A DNA stretch of 64,000 nt from contig OX597816.1 of the NCBI GenBank assembly GCA_951406725.2, positions 141,236,001 to 141,300,000 on the forward strand. The letters are read 5' to 3'. The notes beneath the pieces are model-generated. The model was given only the letters and a program-made list of their open reading frames with translations. It made no database searches and was not told the DNA's origin. The stretch comes from Octopus vulgaris (Eukaryota). Position numbers and translations under genes: made by a program. Numbering within the stretch: position 1 is the first letter of the stretch; each line of letters starts with the position of its first letter. Shown one piece after another: positions 38,068 through 53,014 of this stretch.

Positions 38068-40996
38068 CTAAAGATAAAACATATGATTTCAAGATGCAAT
38101 ATTTCAATACTTCTGATAATCATATTGGCAGTAATTGATTGGCAATAAGATCATGGTCAACCAAATTACTGAAATGATGTACAACTAATGGATATACATC
38201 ATAAAATAGAATTACATTAATGATAATGTGGAACACAAAAACTATCTTCAAACCAACAATAAAGCCTTAATCTGCTAGAAATAGCAGTCGAATCTCTCTC
38301 AAATTACATCCCATCATTTTAGAAAAAGGAGGATATACAGAATAATATAATCCTAAATATACTGTGTCTGAAAAAAAGGACAGGATGGGTACATCAGGAA
38401 CACTTATGAACACAGAATTTCTTAAATAGGCTGACTTATAGCTAAACTATAATAATAACAATTGTAACCTAATATTTCCTCTCAAGTGATTTATTCTGTT
38501 GAAGATGTTAGCCAGATTTTAGACCTAGTGATATGGTCAGCTTCAGAATCTCTTTAGGAAAAGACACAAAAGTAAGGCTTTCTGTTGTTAACACAAGATC
38601 CTAGCAAGGATTTATTTGAATTCTGAGCTGCAAACAAATAAAACAAAGATCATAATCATCATTTAACATTTGTTTTCCATGCTGGCACAGGTTGGTCAAA
38701 TTGATAGGAGTTGACCCCAAAGAGCTGCCTGGGATCCATGTCTGTTTTGGCATAGTTTCTATGGCTGGATGCCCTTCTTAATGCCAACCACTTTATAGAT
38801 TGTACTGGGTGCTTTTACATGGCACAAGCACTTTTTATGTGGTGCCAGCAAACATGAGCCTGCAAGATTAAGGCCACTCAGCTGAATAGGGATGCAGGGG
38901 ACATGTCTGTATGCAAGGACAACCACAATTTTACTTAGCTTGATGCCAGAAGTCTCGGTCCCTTGTCACCCACACTTATAATAGTGAGTGGCATCCACCT
39001 GAAGCTTCCATGAAGTGAATCTTGGGTGATGAGTAGTCTGCAGAAGGCAGAAGTATTAATAGCAATAGTGGTACCTTCTCAATCAAATCTCAAGGAATCA
39101 TAACACACCTGCTGGACATCCCAACTATTATCTCAACTCTTTTCACTGCAGTCTCAAATGAAATTCCCAGAAATACGAACAGTAAGTACAACAAAGAGAC
39201 AAAGTGCAGAGTACAATTAATTGCAGCAAAATTCTACACATATGCACTCCCTCCTGCTACACATTCAATTACCACCCAACACCCAAATACATTTGCAACA
39301 CCTCACAACACTACGAGATTATCTCCCCTGCCCACTCAGTTCTGAAAAAGACTCTTAACTGCATCAATAACCTAACATTGTGCTGGGAAGTACACCATCA
39401 CATCTGTTGTGCTTGAACTAAATTCATTGACCCACTGTCACATTGACCACCACCAAAACTTAAATGTCATACAAATGAGATGAGGAAGCCTCTACTTGGT
39501 TGTCTGAACTACTAGAAGTAGCAGCCAAATCTCCTTAAATGAAATTATTCAATCTTAAAAATTGTTTAAAACTATATTGGATAATGTATCATCATCATCA
39601 TCCTTTAGCGTCCGCTTTCCATGCTAGCATGGGTTGGATGGTTCAACTGGGGTCTGGGAAGCCAGAAGGCTGCACCAGGCCCAGTTTGATCGGGCAATGT
39701 TTCTACGGCTGGATGCCCTTCCTAACGCCAACTACTCCATGAGTGTAGTGGGTGCTTTTTATGTGCCACCGTAGATATATGTAGATATATAATATTTGAA
39801 TAAAAAAATATTGCTGGATTGCTTTTGATAATGGGTCTGCTCAATCAGGATTGACCAGGGATCAAACAACAATTTCCATACAAAAATATATTAGAAAATT
39901 AGAAACAGAAAAGAACAAAAAACATGTCTAGATCACCATCTGTACCTCATGCAATAATCTCTTCCATGTTGAAGGGCATTATGGTCCTCCAAAAGGTAGA
40001 GGTATGGAATATTTGGAACAATAGATCTGTGGGTGGCACAACATTCACTTTACACTCTGCACACCATGGGGTTTGCATATGATACACAACAACAACAATA
40101 ACCAAACAGTACATAACACAATGTTCAATACAGTTTACATGCCAACAAAAATAATAAGGTATCAATGGTGTGCCAAATCTATAAGTTATTTTCAAATGTT
40201 AGCTTGCTTTCATAAGTTTATTGATTCCCAAACTTTTATAACTCAGCACACCTTTGTTTACCAAAAAGTGTTTTATAAATGTTTTGCAAAAAAACAAAAC
40301 AAAACAAAAAGCAACTTATTTTGCATAGTGGTTTCTTATCCATACTCTCTTATAGCATCCCATCAATGTCTTGCACATCTTTTTAGATAAATGCATGAAT
40401 TAGTCAAGAATTTAAGTATATAAAATTCAATTACTAAAGGTAAAAACTTATGTAAGGAATATACAATGGATCTTGGTACAGAATCAGTTGTGCTTTCTGC
40501 TCACTAATAAGACAATGTCTTACTCATATTCTAATCCTGATAAAGACTTTATTTTATTACATTTAAAATATAAGTATTGTAGCTGGTTTAACCCTTTAGT
40601 ATTCAAATTAGTGTCAAGTGTAATGTTTGTTTATTCTCATTGTTCTAAATTAATCATACACTATCTTGCCACTTCAAGATGTTTATCATGCAATTGCTTA
40701 TTTTTATAATAATATTGCAGAGTAGGTGTGAGAGGCCAGATCTGGCTTGTTTGAATATAGAATAGGTAGAATATTTGGGCTGGTTTAAATGCTAAAGAGT
40801 TAAATATTTTATTTCTAAGGTGTTGGGTGTTTTGAGCTCACAAGAAGGAAAGCATATGTCAAATCTATAATACCCAGGTTAAGAACCACTTCATTTATGG
40901 CTCAAGTGATTACTGCAGTCACCAAATAATCAAAAGTATGGTAATTTTAACATACCAAACTCATCATTTTTAAGAAACGAAATTCCAAGAACTTAC

Positions 40997-41111
40997 CAAG
41001 TGGCTGATCTGGTTGACGAACTTTTTCCCATTCTTTTTGTCGCTGTTGTCTTTTTTCATCCAATTCTTTCTCTGAAACAAACTTTGTCAGGGATGAACCA
41101 GAACTGGACAT
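40997..41111 (-). CDS. FAM192A: FAM192A/PSME3IP1 (PIP30/NIP30) coding exon 1
   Basis: ATG at 41111 after polypyrimidine acceptor (ttttctttaagcag, exon starts 41126). Encodes MSSSGSSLTKFVSEKELDEKRQQRQKEWEKVRQPDQPL, matching the FAM192A N-terminal FVSE-LDE-R-RQ-EWEKVR motif. Donor G|gtaagt, phase 1. Confidence 0.95.
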
Positions 41112-41809
41112 TTTCCTTAAAATAAACTGCTTAAAGAAAAAAAAAACAACAACAAAAAAAGCAATATACAAATCTGTAATGAAATTATCAATAATTTACT
41201 AACACAACATAAAAATATTTTCACAACAAAGATGCTAATTTTGATACCAACTAGTCTTCTATACAAATACTTTTAGTCATTTTATTCCAAAGAGAAAATT
41301 GTTACAAAATCCAATTTCATTTTTCTAATATATTACTTTAATAGAAATAGGCTTGGCTGTATAATTTACAACTTCACTTTGCAACCACGATTCTAGATCC
41401 AGTCTCATTACACAGCATCTTGGGCAAGTGTCTTCTACTATAGCCCTGGGTCAACCAATAACTTGTTAGAAGAATCTGGTAGATAGAAACTTGTGTGTGT
41501 GTCCTGGAATTTTGGTTGCATCATCTTGTTAAATTATGGCAGAATTACCTTTGTCACTTATGACAGTCTTTATTCACAATATGACAATTGCAGTTTTTGG
41601 AAACCAATGGGATAAACAAAATCCCTTACTTAAAAAGCCAGTAAGGAGTTGCAACAAAAAGTGCATCTGGCCACAAAACCCTGCTTCAAATAAGTTTCTC
41701 ATGCTAGCATGGAAAAAAAAACCCAGATGTTAACTGAATGACTGACTCTTTTATTGTTAGATACCTGTCATGTTTTAAGTTTTGGACTGATTGAAGATGA
41801 GACATTGTA

Positions 41810-43660
41810 ACAACATCATCATTATCATTTAATGCCTGCTCTCCATGCCGGCATGGGTTGGGTGGTTTGACATGGAGCTGTTCAGACTCCAATTGTCTGT
41901 TGTGGCATGGTTTCTATGGCTGTATGCCCTTCCTAATGCCAAGTACTTAATGTGTGCTGGGTGTTTTTTACATGCCACAGGCACGAGTGTGTTTGCACAG
42001 TAGCAGCATGGGTGCGTTCATGCAGCACCAGCACAGGTGCTTTTTATATGACACCGGATCCTGAAAGGACAAGCCTGTATGTGTAGAAGACAGTGATTTT
42101 ACTAAGCTTGATGCGTCTTTACAAATACAGCAAATCACCACATCCCCTAGTCTCTTGTCATTTCCTCAATGAGGCCTAGCATCTGAAAATCCTTTCTCAC
42201 CATTTTGTCCCACATCTTTCCCTTCCACAATTAGAGCTCAGCACTTTACGCAGCTGTCCTCATCCATACACATCACATGACCAAAACAGCACAGTCTTAT
42301 CTCTTGCACACAACATCTGTTGTCTCTTATACTCAGTTTTCCTGGTAAATCATTTACACTGTCATGTATGCACACTGACATTACCCATCCAGCGTAGTAT
42401 GCTAGCTTTATTTCTTTCAAGCCTTTGCAAGTCCTCTGTAGTCAAAGCCTATGTTTCACTGCTCTGTAACATAGCTGTACATACACAGGCATCATAAAAT
42501 CAGCCTTTCGCTCTGAGGGATAGGCCCTCAGTTACCAACAAAGGTAGAAGCTTTCTGAACTTTGCCCAGCCATTTCTTGTTCTAGCAGCTACACTTTCAG
42601 ACATTCCTCCACTGCTGCTAACTTGGTCTCCTAGGTAACAGAAGCTATCTACTACTTCTAATGATCCCGCCAAGCATTTGAGGGAGTCTATTGTCTTCGC
42701 ATTTTTAATGCTTATTGTACCTGCACATTTGCCACACAAAGATTATATTCTCTGTTAATCTTCCTGTGATACTGTTACAACTCTTATGTGTCCAAAGCCT
42801 GCACTGAATACAACATATGGAGTTTATACCAACACTCTTCTTACATGTTAAGTAGGGCCATCTCCCTGAAGAGACTTGTGATTTATCTCTTTCCTTACTT
42901 ACTAGGACTCTGGTTTCTGCTAAATTATTTCTAAGGCCCTTAGATACCAGGCCTTTTTTCCACACCTGAAATTACTTTTCTAGGTCAGGTAGTAATTCAG
43001 ATATAAGAACAAGGTCATCAGCATAGAGGAACTCCCAGGGATAGCCAGTCTCGAAACCCTCTGTTAAGGCTTGGAGGACTAAGACAAACAAGAAGGGGCT
43101 GAGAACTGAGGATTGGTGAACTCCTACTTGTACACTGAATTCATTGCTATACTTGTTGCCAACCTTCACCTTACTGGCAGCATCCCTGTACATGGCTTGT
43201 ACAGCTCTCACTAACCACTCATCTATCCCTAGCTTCCGCATTGACTACCAGATAAAGGAGTGGGACCCTGTCAAAGGCTTTCTCCATATTGACAAAAGCC
43301 AGGTACAGATGTTACTTTTGGCTAAATACTTCTCTTGCAGTTCCCCAACCAGGAATATACCTGGCACAAATCTGAACTACATTTCATCTATGCTCTCTTC
43401 CTAATTAATTGAGCTATGACCATTTCTGTGACTTGCACCACCTGGTTCAGCAATTATTTCTGTAATTATTTCTGTCTAAGGTATTACTTTTGCCTTTGTA
43501 GCAATTGACTATAATGCTGCTACACCCATCGTTAGTTATGACTCCCTCATGGACAACCTGATTAACTATATGGGTGACTAGGCCACATCCTACTCAGCCA
43601 GATATTTTAAGCATCTCAGCAGTGATTCCTGATGGACCAGGGGCTCTCCTTGTCTTAACA
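41810..43660 (-). mobile_element. RTE-clade LINE fragment (older copy)
   Basis: MRKLGIDEWLVRAVQAMYRDA, GVHQSSVLSP, LYADD, FCYLGDQ motifs with multiple stops and frameshifts. Confidence 0.93.
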
Positions 43661-46600
43661 CAACATAGATAAAATATTAATCTATCTAGTTGGCTAAATG
43701 GTACAAAAGAATATGCAGGAATATATATGCATCATATATTAGGCAATTAGAATGACAATATTGCTAGCCTAGTCAGTCTTTTGAAACTTTTATTCATAAA
43801 AGAAAAATAAGCAGTAACACTGAATATAGGGGAAATACTTAAACAGCATAAAACATAGAATAAAATGGAATATAAAAATTAATATATTTTTCAGTTTCTG
43901 TTATTGAACAGCTGGGGTATCACATTTATGGAATTTTAACCATTTTTATCAATCCTAGTACTATTATATTTGGCAGTTATTTTATAGATCTCAGAAGATG
44001 AAAAGTAACATTAACTGGATGTAAAAGGGGTGACCTAAATGTAATAAAATACTGCAAGGGATTATCATTCAGTGCTTTTACACAGAAATAAGCTATCAGA
44101 GTACTCTTGATATTTAGTCGTGGTTGTTGCTTGTATAATAGTTCAACATAGAATAAGCTATATATCAAACACAGTCAGGGTGTAACGTCAATATAATATA
44201 AGATTAGTGTCTGTATTAATATATATCTAATATATTCCCCTGGGGCGTTTTTCCTGAACCATATAGTTGATATTAGTATCATTGTATTCTCATGCTGAGT
44301 AGTATATGTTAAAGCAAGGAGACATGATAAGAGCAAAACATGCGCCTTGCTTTCACCAGTTGGTATAAAAAATAAAAATCTGCACCCATATAACATTTTG
44401 TATTTCCAAAAATTTCATTTGAAATTATGGGGATGTTAACCCTTATTTTTGTTTCTTGATTCCTAATTCCTTAAGAAGTTTCTATCTACTATTTGCCTAT
44501 GTATAAAGTTTATTTTTTAAACTCATATTACACAGGCAGGCATCTAGTCCAGAATCATAATCTCCGTATTTTTCAGAATATTTTGAAAAAAAAAAGAAAA
44601 ATTTCTGAAAAAAGTTTAAAATGATGGATTTAGGGGGAGGAGGGGGTGTTTCAAAATGCTGATTTTTGCCAATTTTTTTTGCAGTTTCGTATTTTTCGTA
44701 GTCGGGGGTTTGTGTAGAAAAAAAAATTAAATAAAAAAAAAGGGGTGTTTTGGCAGGAGGAGGGGGGGGGGTACAAAAGGCAGTCTTGCCAACATGCGTT
44801 TTATAGATACCATAAGACAGACACATACTTGATGGTATAAAAGATGCACGTGTATATAAGAAACACTTCAATTTCAGAAGCGCATATTTAGGAAAACAAT
44901 GTTTATAGTGCACGTAATATTCTTGAAAGCAATTTCGCAGTACATTACGTCAGTAACATAGCAGAAAATATGATGGTATATATTATGTCATGCATACCGC
45001 TGAACATAAAGTAAGAAATCACGATAGTGAAAATACCCTTAATGATTACAGTAAAACTTCACGTATGGGACTTTAGTTGATTTTTCTGATATATATTTTT
45101 GGAAGAAAAAAAAAAAACGCGTCTTATATGCTGTCTATTTCAGAAATTACATTTGAAAGTCTTGACTTTCGGCATTCTTTCGTTTTCACTATATTTGACG
45201 AAGCTTCAAAATTTTTCTATAAAAATAGAAAAGTATTGAAAAGTAGCTGGTTGTGGTTATTTCAAGATTCCAGTGATTTTACTAATTTCGCGTACCGGTT
45301 TGAAAACCTCTGCTCTAAGGTGTTTGCCCTGTGAGAAATAGCAGTCTTATTTCTTCAAATTATATCCTACCGTCTGAGAAAAAAAAAACAACAAAAAAAC
45401 GAAAATGAACAATTTTTAGATATTCTCATCAACAGCGGAATGGTCATAAGGTGCTCATTCAAGGGTGGCCTAGGGACCAAACAATAACACCGATAATAGT
45501 CAACTCAAAATGGTTTCACACACACATATGTATTGCATTACATGATGTTTACAATCTTTGTCGAGTTGAAATTTCCTTTAAAGTATGTGCTTAAATTTTA
45601 ATAACCGGCTCGCAACTAATGTTATAAATTTATTTTATATAAAGGGCGAAAAGTTTAATTAGCGACAGACTAGCAACTTATAATTAAACTGCCATATGTA
45701 ATATGTAGATTTAAATGATTATTAGTAAATTAAACAGAGAAATAAAATTTTCAATAAGTGAAGACTGTTTATGTTTTGTTAGGGATTACACAGTACATAT
45801 TCAGTGATGATAGTTCTACAACAAACAACAGGAAATCAGTCCTAACTATCAGCAGAGCAAGAATGTCTATAAACTGTAGAACTGATGCAACATAGTTCAG
45901 AGAAGATAAATATAAATGCAACATACGCGAAAAATCGAAGTTGGGATATTTGAGAAGGTGAAGGAACTCTTTAGTGTAGGAGCTAAAATAGTAATTAAAC
46001 CGGAACTCACATGTTTTTCAACGCATTTGTTTGTCTATCACAGTCTCTCTCTTCGGTCTGTCCGGCTATTAGAAATGACGGCTAAATCACCCTCATTCAC
46101 ACCTTGCTAACTTGGAAAGGGGGAGGCACACAGGATAATGTGGTCCAAGATGTTGTTTAAACATCGGGATGGTCATGGTGAATGCCTTTGATCATCTGTC
46201 TCATCGATCAGGAATGAGTTGTTATTAGACAACATTGATCCGTTATCATCTTGTTTAGGAAGGGAAAGTCAACCAAAATACGCTGGGAATTGCTTGTAGG
46301 AGCCAGGTGGTGGTGTGATACCGGACGGCGTGTTAGGTCTACTAACTAGTGTTGGCTGGCTTATGTAATATAAAAGATTCCCATTTCCGTTCTTGCCATT
46401 TCTTTTTCTACAGTTTCTTGATAATCCTTCTCATCATAATTGAACGCATAAACTATGAAGTTAATATCAGCAGAAAAACTTGAATTTATTTTGAAGGCAA
46501 ATTATGCTCACGGTTGAAATCTGTTCAATGAGACTGAGTGGATTTTAAAAGAAATCTTTTATTTGTTTCAGTCATTTGACTGCGGCCATGCTGGGACTCC

Positions 46601-47153
46601 GCCTTAAAGGGTTTTAGTCGAACAAATCTACCCCACAACTTATATATTAAAAAAAAAATCTATTACTTATTCTATCGGCCTCTTTGCAGACCTGCTAAGT
46701 TACGGGGATGTAAACAGACCAACACCGGTTGTCAGGCGGTGGTTGGGGACAAACACAGGCAAGGACACACACGCACGCACATATAATCAATGAAAGAAAC
46801 AGAAGATAGATTTGGTACGAATGTTTATTCAGCACGACAATCGTTTCGATCCATCCTGGAGCTATCCCTTAAGGGTAGCATATTGTGCATCTAGTTATGT
46901 TGCACCAATTAGTGCAGGTTGTGTCACTTCCGGTGTTTGGTGTAAAAAAAAAGATATCCTACTAGATATACTCTTTTACTTGTTGCAGTCATTCGACTGC
47001 GGCCATGCTGGAGCACCGCCTTTAGTCGAGCAAATCGACCCCAGGACTTATTCTTTGTAAACCTAGTACTTATTCAATCGGTCTCTTTTGCCGAACCGCT
47101 AAGTTATGGGGATGTAAACACACCAGCATCGGTTGGCAAGCGATGTTGGTGGG

Positions 47154-47188
<35 letters not shown>

Positions 47189-47294
47189 CATATATACGAC
47201 GGGCTTCTTCCAGCTTCCGTCTACTAAATCAACTCACAAGGCTTTGTTCGGCCCGAGGCTATAGTAGAAGAAACTTGCCCAAGGTGCCACGCAG

Positions 47295-47900
47295 TTGGTT
47301 TCTCGCTCAACTGCACCCCACACATTTTAAACAAGGGGGTTGCAGTCTGGAGAGTTTGGTGGCTAGATGTTAGGGGTGATGTGGTTGCAGAAATTGTGAC
47401 AGCCACGACTGGGTTCTCCTGCTTGTGTGGCATGGTGCAGAACCCAGTTGGGGGTCTTCCAGCAGCCACCCTCTTGACCCAGGGTAGCACTACTTCCTCC
47501 AGGCACTTGATGTAGGCCTCCGTGTTGAATGTGAGGCCGTGTGGGAAGACAAATAGAGGCATAACGTTGCCATAACTAGTGATCACTCCAAACATGATGT
47601 TGACTGGATGTTTGATTTTTATCACTCTCGGTACATGTCTCCAGATTGCATTATTCTCAGATTGACACTCAAAAACTCAGAAATATTCATATTGGCGCTT
47701 CTGGCGCGAATGCCAAGCAGTACAGCATGTCATTTCCAAATTTCTGGCAGAGGGAATTGCATCATGGTGCTTTTTTCTCGCAGGCGCTGCCCAACTGACC
47801 CTACTATACTGTGTAGTCGACAAAATCAAAAACAAACAATGCACATACGTAAAATTAATTTTCCTCCCGCAATTTTCCTAACCATGCAGCATCCAACGTA
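47295..47900 (-). mobile_element. Deleted Tc1/mariner-superfamily element (DD37D/maT-like transposase remnant)
   Basis: KHPVNIMFGVITSYGNVMPLFVFPHGLTFNTEAYIKCLEEVVLPWVKRVAAGRP. Confidence 0.8.
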
Positions 47901-47904
47901 AAAT

Positions 47905-48610
47905 CTGCATTGACTCTATAAACGAAGATCTCGAGAGCATCTTCCAGTGGGGTCATGCCAATCTCGTCTCCTTTAACAGCCAAAATACTCAAGTGCTACT
48001 CATATCAAGAAAAGTCTACCCCATTACACCCCCTCTAATCATGTGCTTTCATTCCAAGTACTCATATGTCTCACTATCACCGAGGATCTCTCCTGGCAAA
48101 AGCATATATATAGCGTAGCTCGGATCGCCTCTCAAAGACTGTCTCCTCTTTTTAGCCAGAAGATATGTTAACTTTTAGCTGCAATTGACATCCTATAAGG
48201 CTCAGGTGAGGCCCGCAAAGTAGTACTGCATCCACTTCAGAGATGGTACTGATGCTATGAACACAGACATTCTGGATCTCATCCAGAGAAAGTATTATAT
48301 CACTAATGGACACACTCTAGCCTACAGATGTGCTGTTTTATCTATCCTTTCTATTATTACTACTATAACAGCCTCTGCTCGTTGGCGCTAGCTGGTCACA
48401 TACTTCCACTACTCGTTTACACTCGACTTATTTATCTCTCTATCTCTCGTCCCTTTTGAGTCCAACCATTAGACCTTGCCAACTATTAGACTTGTCCTTT
48501 CTGTTCAAAATATCGGCTCTTTGGACTCTTTTACCTGTTCATTTCTTTCCTGCAGGTGTTGACTTGATAGAGTTTAAGCGTAGTATTAATGGTATCAAAC
48601 TCTGCTGCCT
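47905..48610 (+). mobile_element. CR1/Jockey-like LINE 3' fragment
   Basis: SINEDLESIFQWGHANLVSFNSQNTQ, YKAQVRPAK*YCIH, LDLIQRK, LAYRCAV remnants. Confidence 0.75.
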
Positions 48611-51499
48611 CTGTGTGCCTCACACAAAGTAGGTAACTTTAGGAATCCGAGGAAAATGGTGAGGATCTACTAACAAACAATCTAACAATACCTTTTTCTC
48701 TACGTTAAAGAGCAAGATCTCAAAAATATATATATTTACTATTCAGAAACCTCCTATACGCCATTCTTCAATTACTTCTTTCTACGGAACAGAAACCCTC
48801 TGAAAATCCCTTCTTGCCCATATTTTAGCTACGAATGCCAATGTATCACATCGACGTCACTATAATAATAATAATAACAACAACAACAATCCATTCTACT
48901 ATAAGCATAAAGGGCCTAAAATTTGGGGTTAGTCGCTTATATCCATTCCATTACTCACCTGGTACTTATTTTATCGAACCAGAAAAGACGAAAGGCAAAG
49001 TCGAGTCCGGCAGAATTTGAACTCAGAACATAAAGACAGACGAAATACTATTAAGTATTTCGCCCAGCGTGCAAACGATTCTGCCAGCTTATCGCCTTAA
49101 TAATAAAAAATCTGTTCCTCCTGCTCAAATAAAAAATATAAAAAAAAGAGAAAGCTGTTGTAAGGGAGGTAATTCTAGCATTATACCATGCAGAGTTATG
49201 CATCTTGAATTACCATTATGGTATCGTGTATATCGCACAGAACCATAGATTCGAAATACCATTATCGCGCCAGTCAAAATGCATTGTGATAATAAGATAC
49301 AATCTTTTACCTTTTAAGATCAAATCCTACTGAGATAAACTTTGTTCTTTGATCCTTACTGCAGTGGTGATGGCATAGGCCGGCCAGTCCACCTACATGT
49401 ATTTTTGCAGTTTCGAAGGTATTTTACGCTGACAAATGGAAGTTAACATTCTCACGTTACGCCACTGCTTTACAGAGTCAAAATAAAGTACGGGTCAAGT
49501 AGTTGCATAGTTTTTTAATCGATTATATCCTCTTCTAAAATTTGTGGCATTGCGCCAGTGTTGTGAATCAATATTTTGATTCAAAACACTGTAGATGATG
49601 AGGCTGTGCTCATGGCCAAATCGATATGGCTAACATCTCTTTTAAACTAGTTGTAAGTCAACAACTGTATGAAAAAAACCCCTAAAACAATAAATAAAGA
49701 AGAAAAAACCCCGAAAGAAACGAATATGTACCGGATGGGAATTTCAGAGGGACGACTTTCTGTGAAGGAAGGACAGAACGTAAGGATTAGTGTAGACCCT
49801 GAAGTAGTAGTGAAGGATTAATGTAGACACTGAAGGTGTTGGTAGAAACAGTTAACGTACAATTTACCGTCGTTAAAATTAAAAGTAAATTGTCCTAAAA
49901 CTTGAAAGTAAATGGCGATAGAAACCGAAAGCGACTACAGTTACATTCCGTAATTTTATGGAAAGACAGTATGGGGTATAAAACTAATGTTTAGACCGTA
50001 ACTAGTATCCTGTCGTTTACGGGCGTGAGAGTGGCTGAGCACTCCACAAACACGCGTATCTTTAACGTAGTCTTCATGGAGATTCAGCGTGACACAGTAT
50101 GTGATAATGCTGGCCCTTTGAATTACAGATGCATCTCATTTCCAACTGAACTGGAGCAACGTGAGATAAAGTGTCTTGCTCAAGGACACAACTCGCAATT
50201 TTACGATCATGAACTGAATATCTTAACTACTAAGTCACGCGCTTTCACTGCATAAACTGTACATATATTAGATATTCTGTGTACAATAAACACAAGGCTT
50301 GAAATTTTGGGGTGGAGGCTAGTTGATTACATCGACCCTAGCGCTCAACTTGTAGTAGCACTTAATGTAAGGATGAAATTCAAAGTCGACCGCTGCGGAA
50401 TTTGAACTCAGAGATGAAATGCGACTAAGCATTCACTTCAGCATTTAAATTTAGATTCACTTAAACATTTAAATTTAATTTGTGTCAAAATATTTTCGCC
50501 GCTTTGAAATCGCGACCTGTTCACTGACACAACTTCGTGCTGTGTGTTCTTAAATGACTTATAACATCTTCCACGCTGTAATTGTTTTTGTTTCAGCCCA
50601 CGATCTCAGATCAAGTCACTTGCTATGCAAGTACATCTCCATAATACCAGTCATTGATGCACAAAATGACATTCATGAAAAGATCGCTAAATTTGTTTCG
50701 CTATACATGCTCATGAAATTAAGTAAACATATCTGTAGTGAGAATAATTAACATTTGACTGGAATGTCGCGATTCGCTGGAATGTTGCCCACATGAACAA
50801 CGAATCTGACCAATCGCGACTTCGCCAGGAAAGAATATTGCCAACGTTGATCGATGGGATCTGGCGAATCACACCTTCACGTAGAATGGGCTCCAGCGTC
50901 TATCAAATTTACTGCCTCCCTTCCTGTGCTTCTCCATCGGTATAAAATCAACACGCAACCACCATACTCAGAGACGACCGGCAAACGACATGGCGAACAG
51001 GCACGGGCAGCGGCTGAATCTAGCTAATATTATCATATCAAACTATCCCCAGCAACAATGTTTAGCAGTAACTTTTCTATAGTATTTCAATTACAATCAC
51101 ATCCAGACTCTAAAACTATTTCAGTAAAATTTAAACTCTCTCAACATTTGTCGTAATACTATTTCAATGACACCAATTACTATAGCATCCAAACTCTCTT
51201 TCAAGAAATAAAGTTTGTTCGTAGAAACCTAAACAGATTTCGTCATTTTCTTCTATGTACAACTGTCGAACTCCGACGCTAGAAATAACAGTCAGTTCCA
51301 AACATCAGTACTCATATACGGCTCTTAGCAGGTGGCAAATCAGTTCAAGTATAAGTGGTCTCAACATCTTATATATTAACATGAGTTCCACATTGATATG
51401 CCTAAGAAGGCAGTGAGTCGCAGACTTATCTCTCAGAAGCAGCATTCCTTATATAGTTGAAAGGTAATATCAATATCATCATGTTAAGCCATTAATCTC

Positions 51500-51690
51500 G
51501 ACATATTTTTCTTTCTCCGTTCTCTCTTTCTATCTGTCTCTGTCTCTCCATTTTCTCCTCTCATACCTTTCTGTCGAAGTGCGTAGACTCGAAACATCAA
51601 AGCCTTTTCCATTCTTCTCGAGCGTCAAACTAATATACCAGTTTGTTGTCTCACCTGTCTGTCTTGTTTTCTGTACATTTGAACCATATA
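51500..51690 (+). mobile_element. Penelope-like terminal repeat with minimal hammerhead-like motif
   Basis: CTTT-CTGTCGAA-GTGCGTAGACTC-GAAAC-ATC-AAAG at 51567-51602, after a pyrimidine-rich tract. Confidence 0.55.
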
Positions 51691-52602
51691 TTTGTAGAGC
51701 ACTGGCTCGGGAACAAACTTTGCTTGGGGGTGTGTGGTGTGTGAAAACGCAGGTTCCAAAAATGTTATTTTTCTTAAAATTTATTTTTGTTCTTTGAGAA
51801 GAAACCTCACTTCCAGCTACTTTTTACAGATCACTTTTTATACACTATTTTCTAGTCCTGAAGAGAAAGATCAGTATTTGCTCTATTCTGGATGTGCATT
51901 TGTAGGAGAGATTCCCAGTAATAGTGAAGTCTAGTATTTGTATTGATTTATTATAATTAGAAATATTACATTTTTATCACATGATCATATGCAGCTTTTT
52001 TTTTACAGGGTAAAATTTTCAGTGAAGTCGTGTGGTTTAGTGGTAGGACAGAATTTCTCGATCAAATCATGTTACATTTTTTTAATTAAATATTATTAGG
52101 AATTGTATTTTAAAAATTGTTAAAATATTTTGTGTATAGTAGGAACCAATTTATTGGATAAGAATATTAGCAACAAAATCTTATATGGACCACATGGACT
52201 CCGGTTGAGAACCACTGGGTTAGGGCTTTCGGATCACGCTCGTAAGGTCGTATGTTCGATTCCCGGCGACACATTGTGCAATTGAGCAAGACACTTTATT
52301 TTACGTTGCTCCAGAGTCAGCTGGCAAAAATGAGTAGTATCTGCATTTCAAGGGGCCAGCCTAATCACATTCTCTGTCGCGCTGAACCTCCTTGAGAACT
52401 ATGTTAACAGTACGCGTGTCTGTGGAGTGCTCAGCCACTTGCACGTTAAATTCACGAGCTGGCTGTTCCGTAGACCGGATGAATAGTAACACTCGTTGTA
52501 CTTATAAAACTTTCAACAATAAGTTCCTCTCTTATGAAACAGAAAATAGTGCAGAAAAAATACGAGAAAATTTCATGGTATCCATTTATTAGAAAAGTTT
52601 TA

Positions 52603-53014
52603 GGATCTTTTCGGTTTGAACGGCAGTTTTTTCTAGCGGTGTCATATGAAATTGTCACCCATAATTATGACCCTAGAATCGATCTATTGCATTTTAATCT
52701 CTTTTAGGGTTAGGGGTGGGGGAAGGGTATCTTTTTTTCTTCAGAAATGTAAATAAACCCAATCTGTTTCTTAAACGAGGGACATATTCATACGACACAG
52801 AATGCTTTTTAACTCAATAGACGTCACTGATTGGTTGAAATTGCAGAAATTAAAGAAAAAAACAACAACAAATATCTTACAAACTATAGAATTTTCTCAA
52901 TAAAGTCAAGAGAAAAAGATGTTTTATAAACCCATTCTACCAGTATACGAAGTTTAAAATCTTTTAGTTACCTAGAAATTATGTTAAAAACTGCCGTTCA
53001 AACCGAAAAGATCC
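52603..53014. mobile_element. MITE with ~29-bp perfect TIRs upstream of RABIF
   Basis: TA|GGATCTTTTCGGTTTGAACGGCAGTTTTT ... AAAAACTGCCGTTCAAACCGAAAAGATCC|TA. Confidence 0.9.

Noticed and set aside
44497-44913. 138-aa proline-rich ORF
   Set aside because: It derives from G-runs and A-runs of a low-complexity repeat-like segment, with no splice or homology support.
52701-52722. Interstitial telomeric repeat
   Set aside because: Only about two TTAGGG-like units, inside a MITE.
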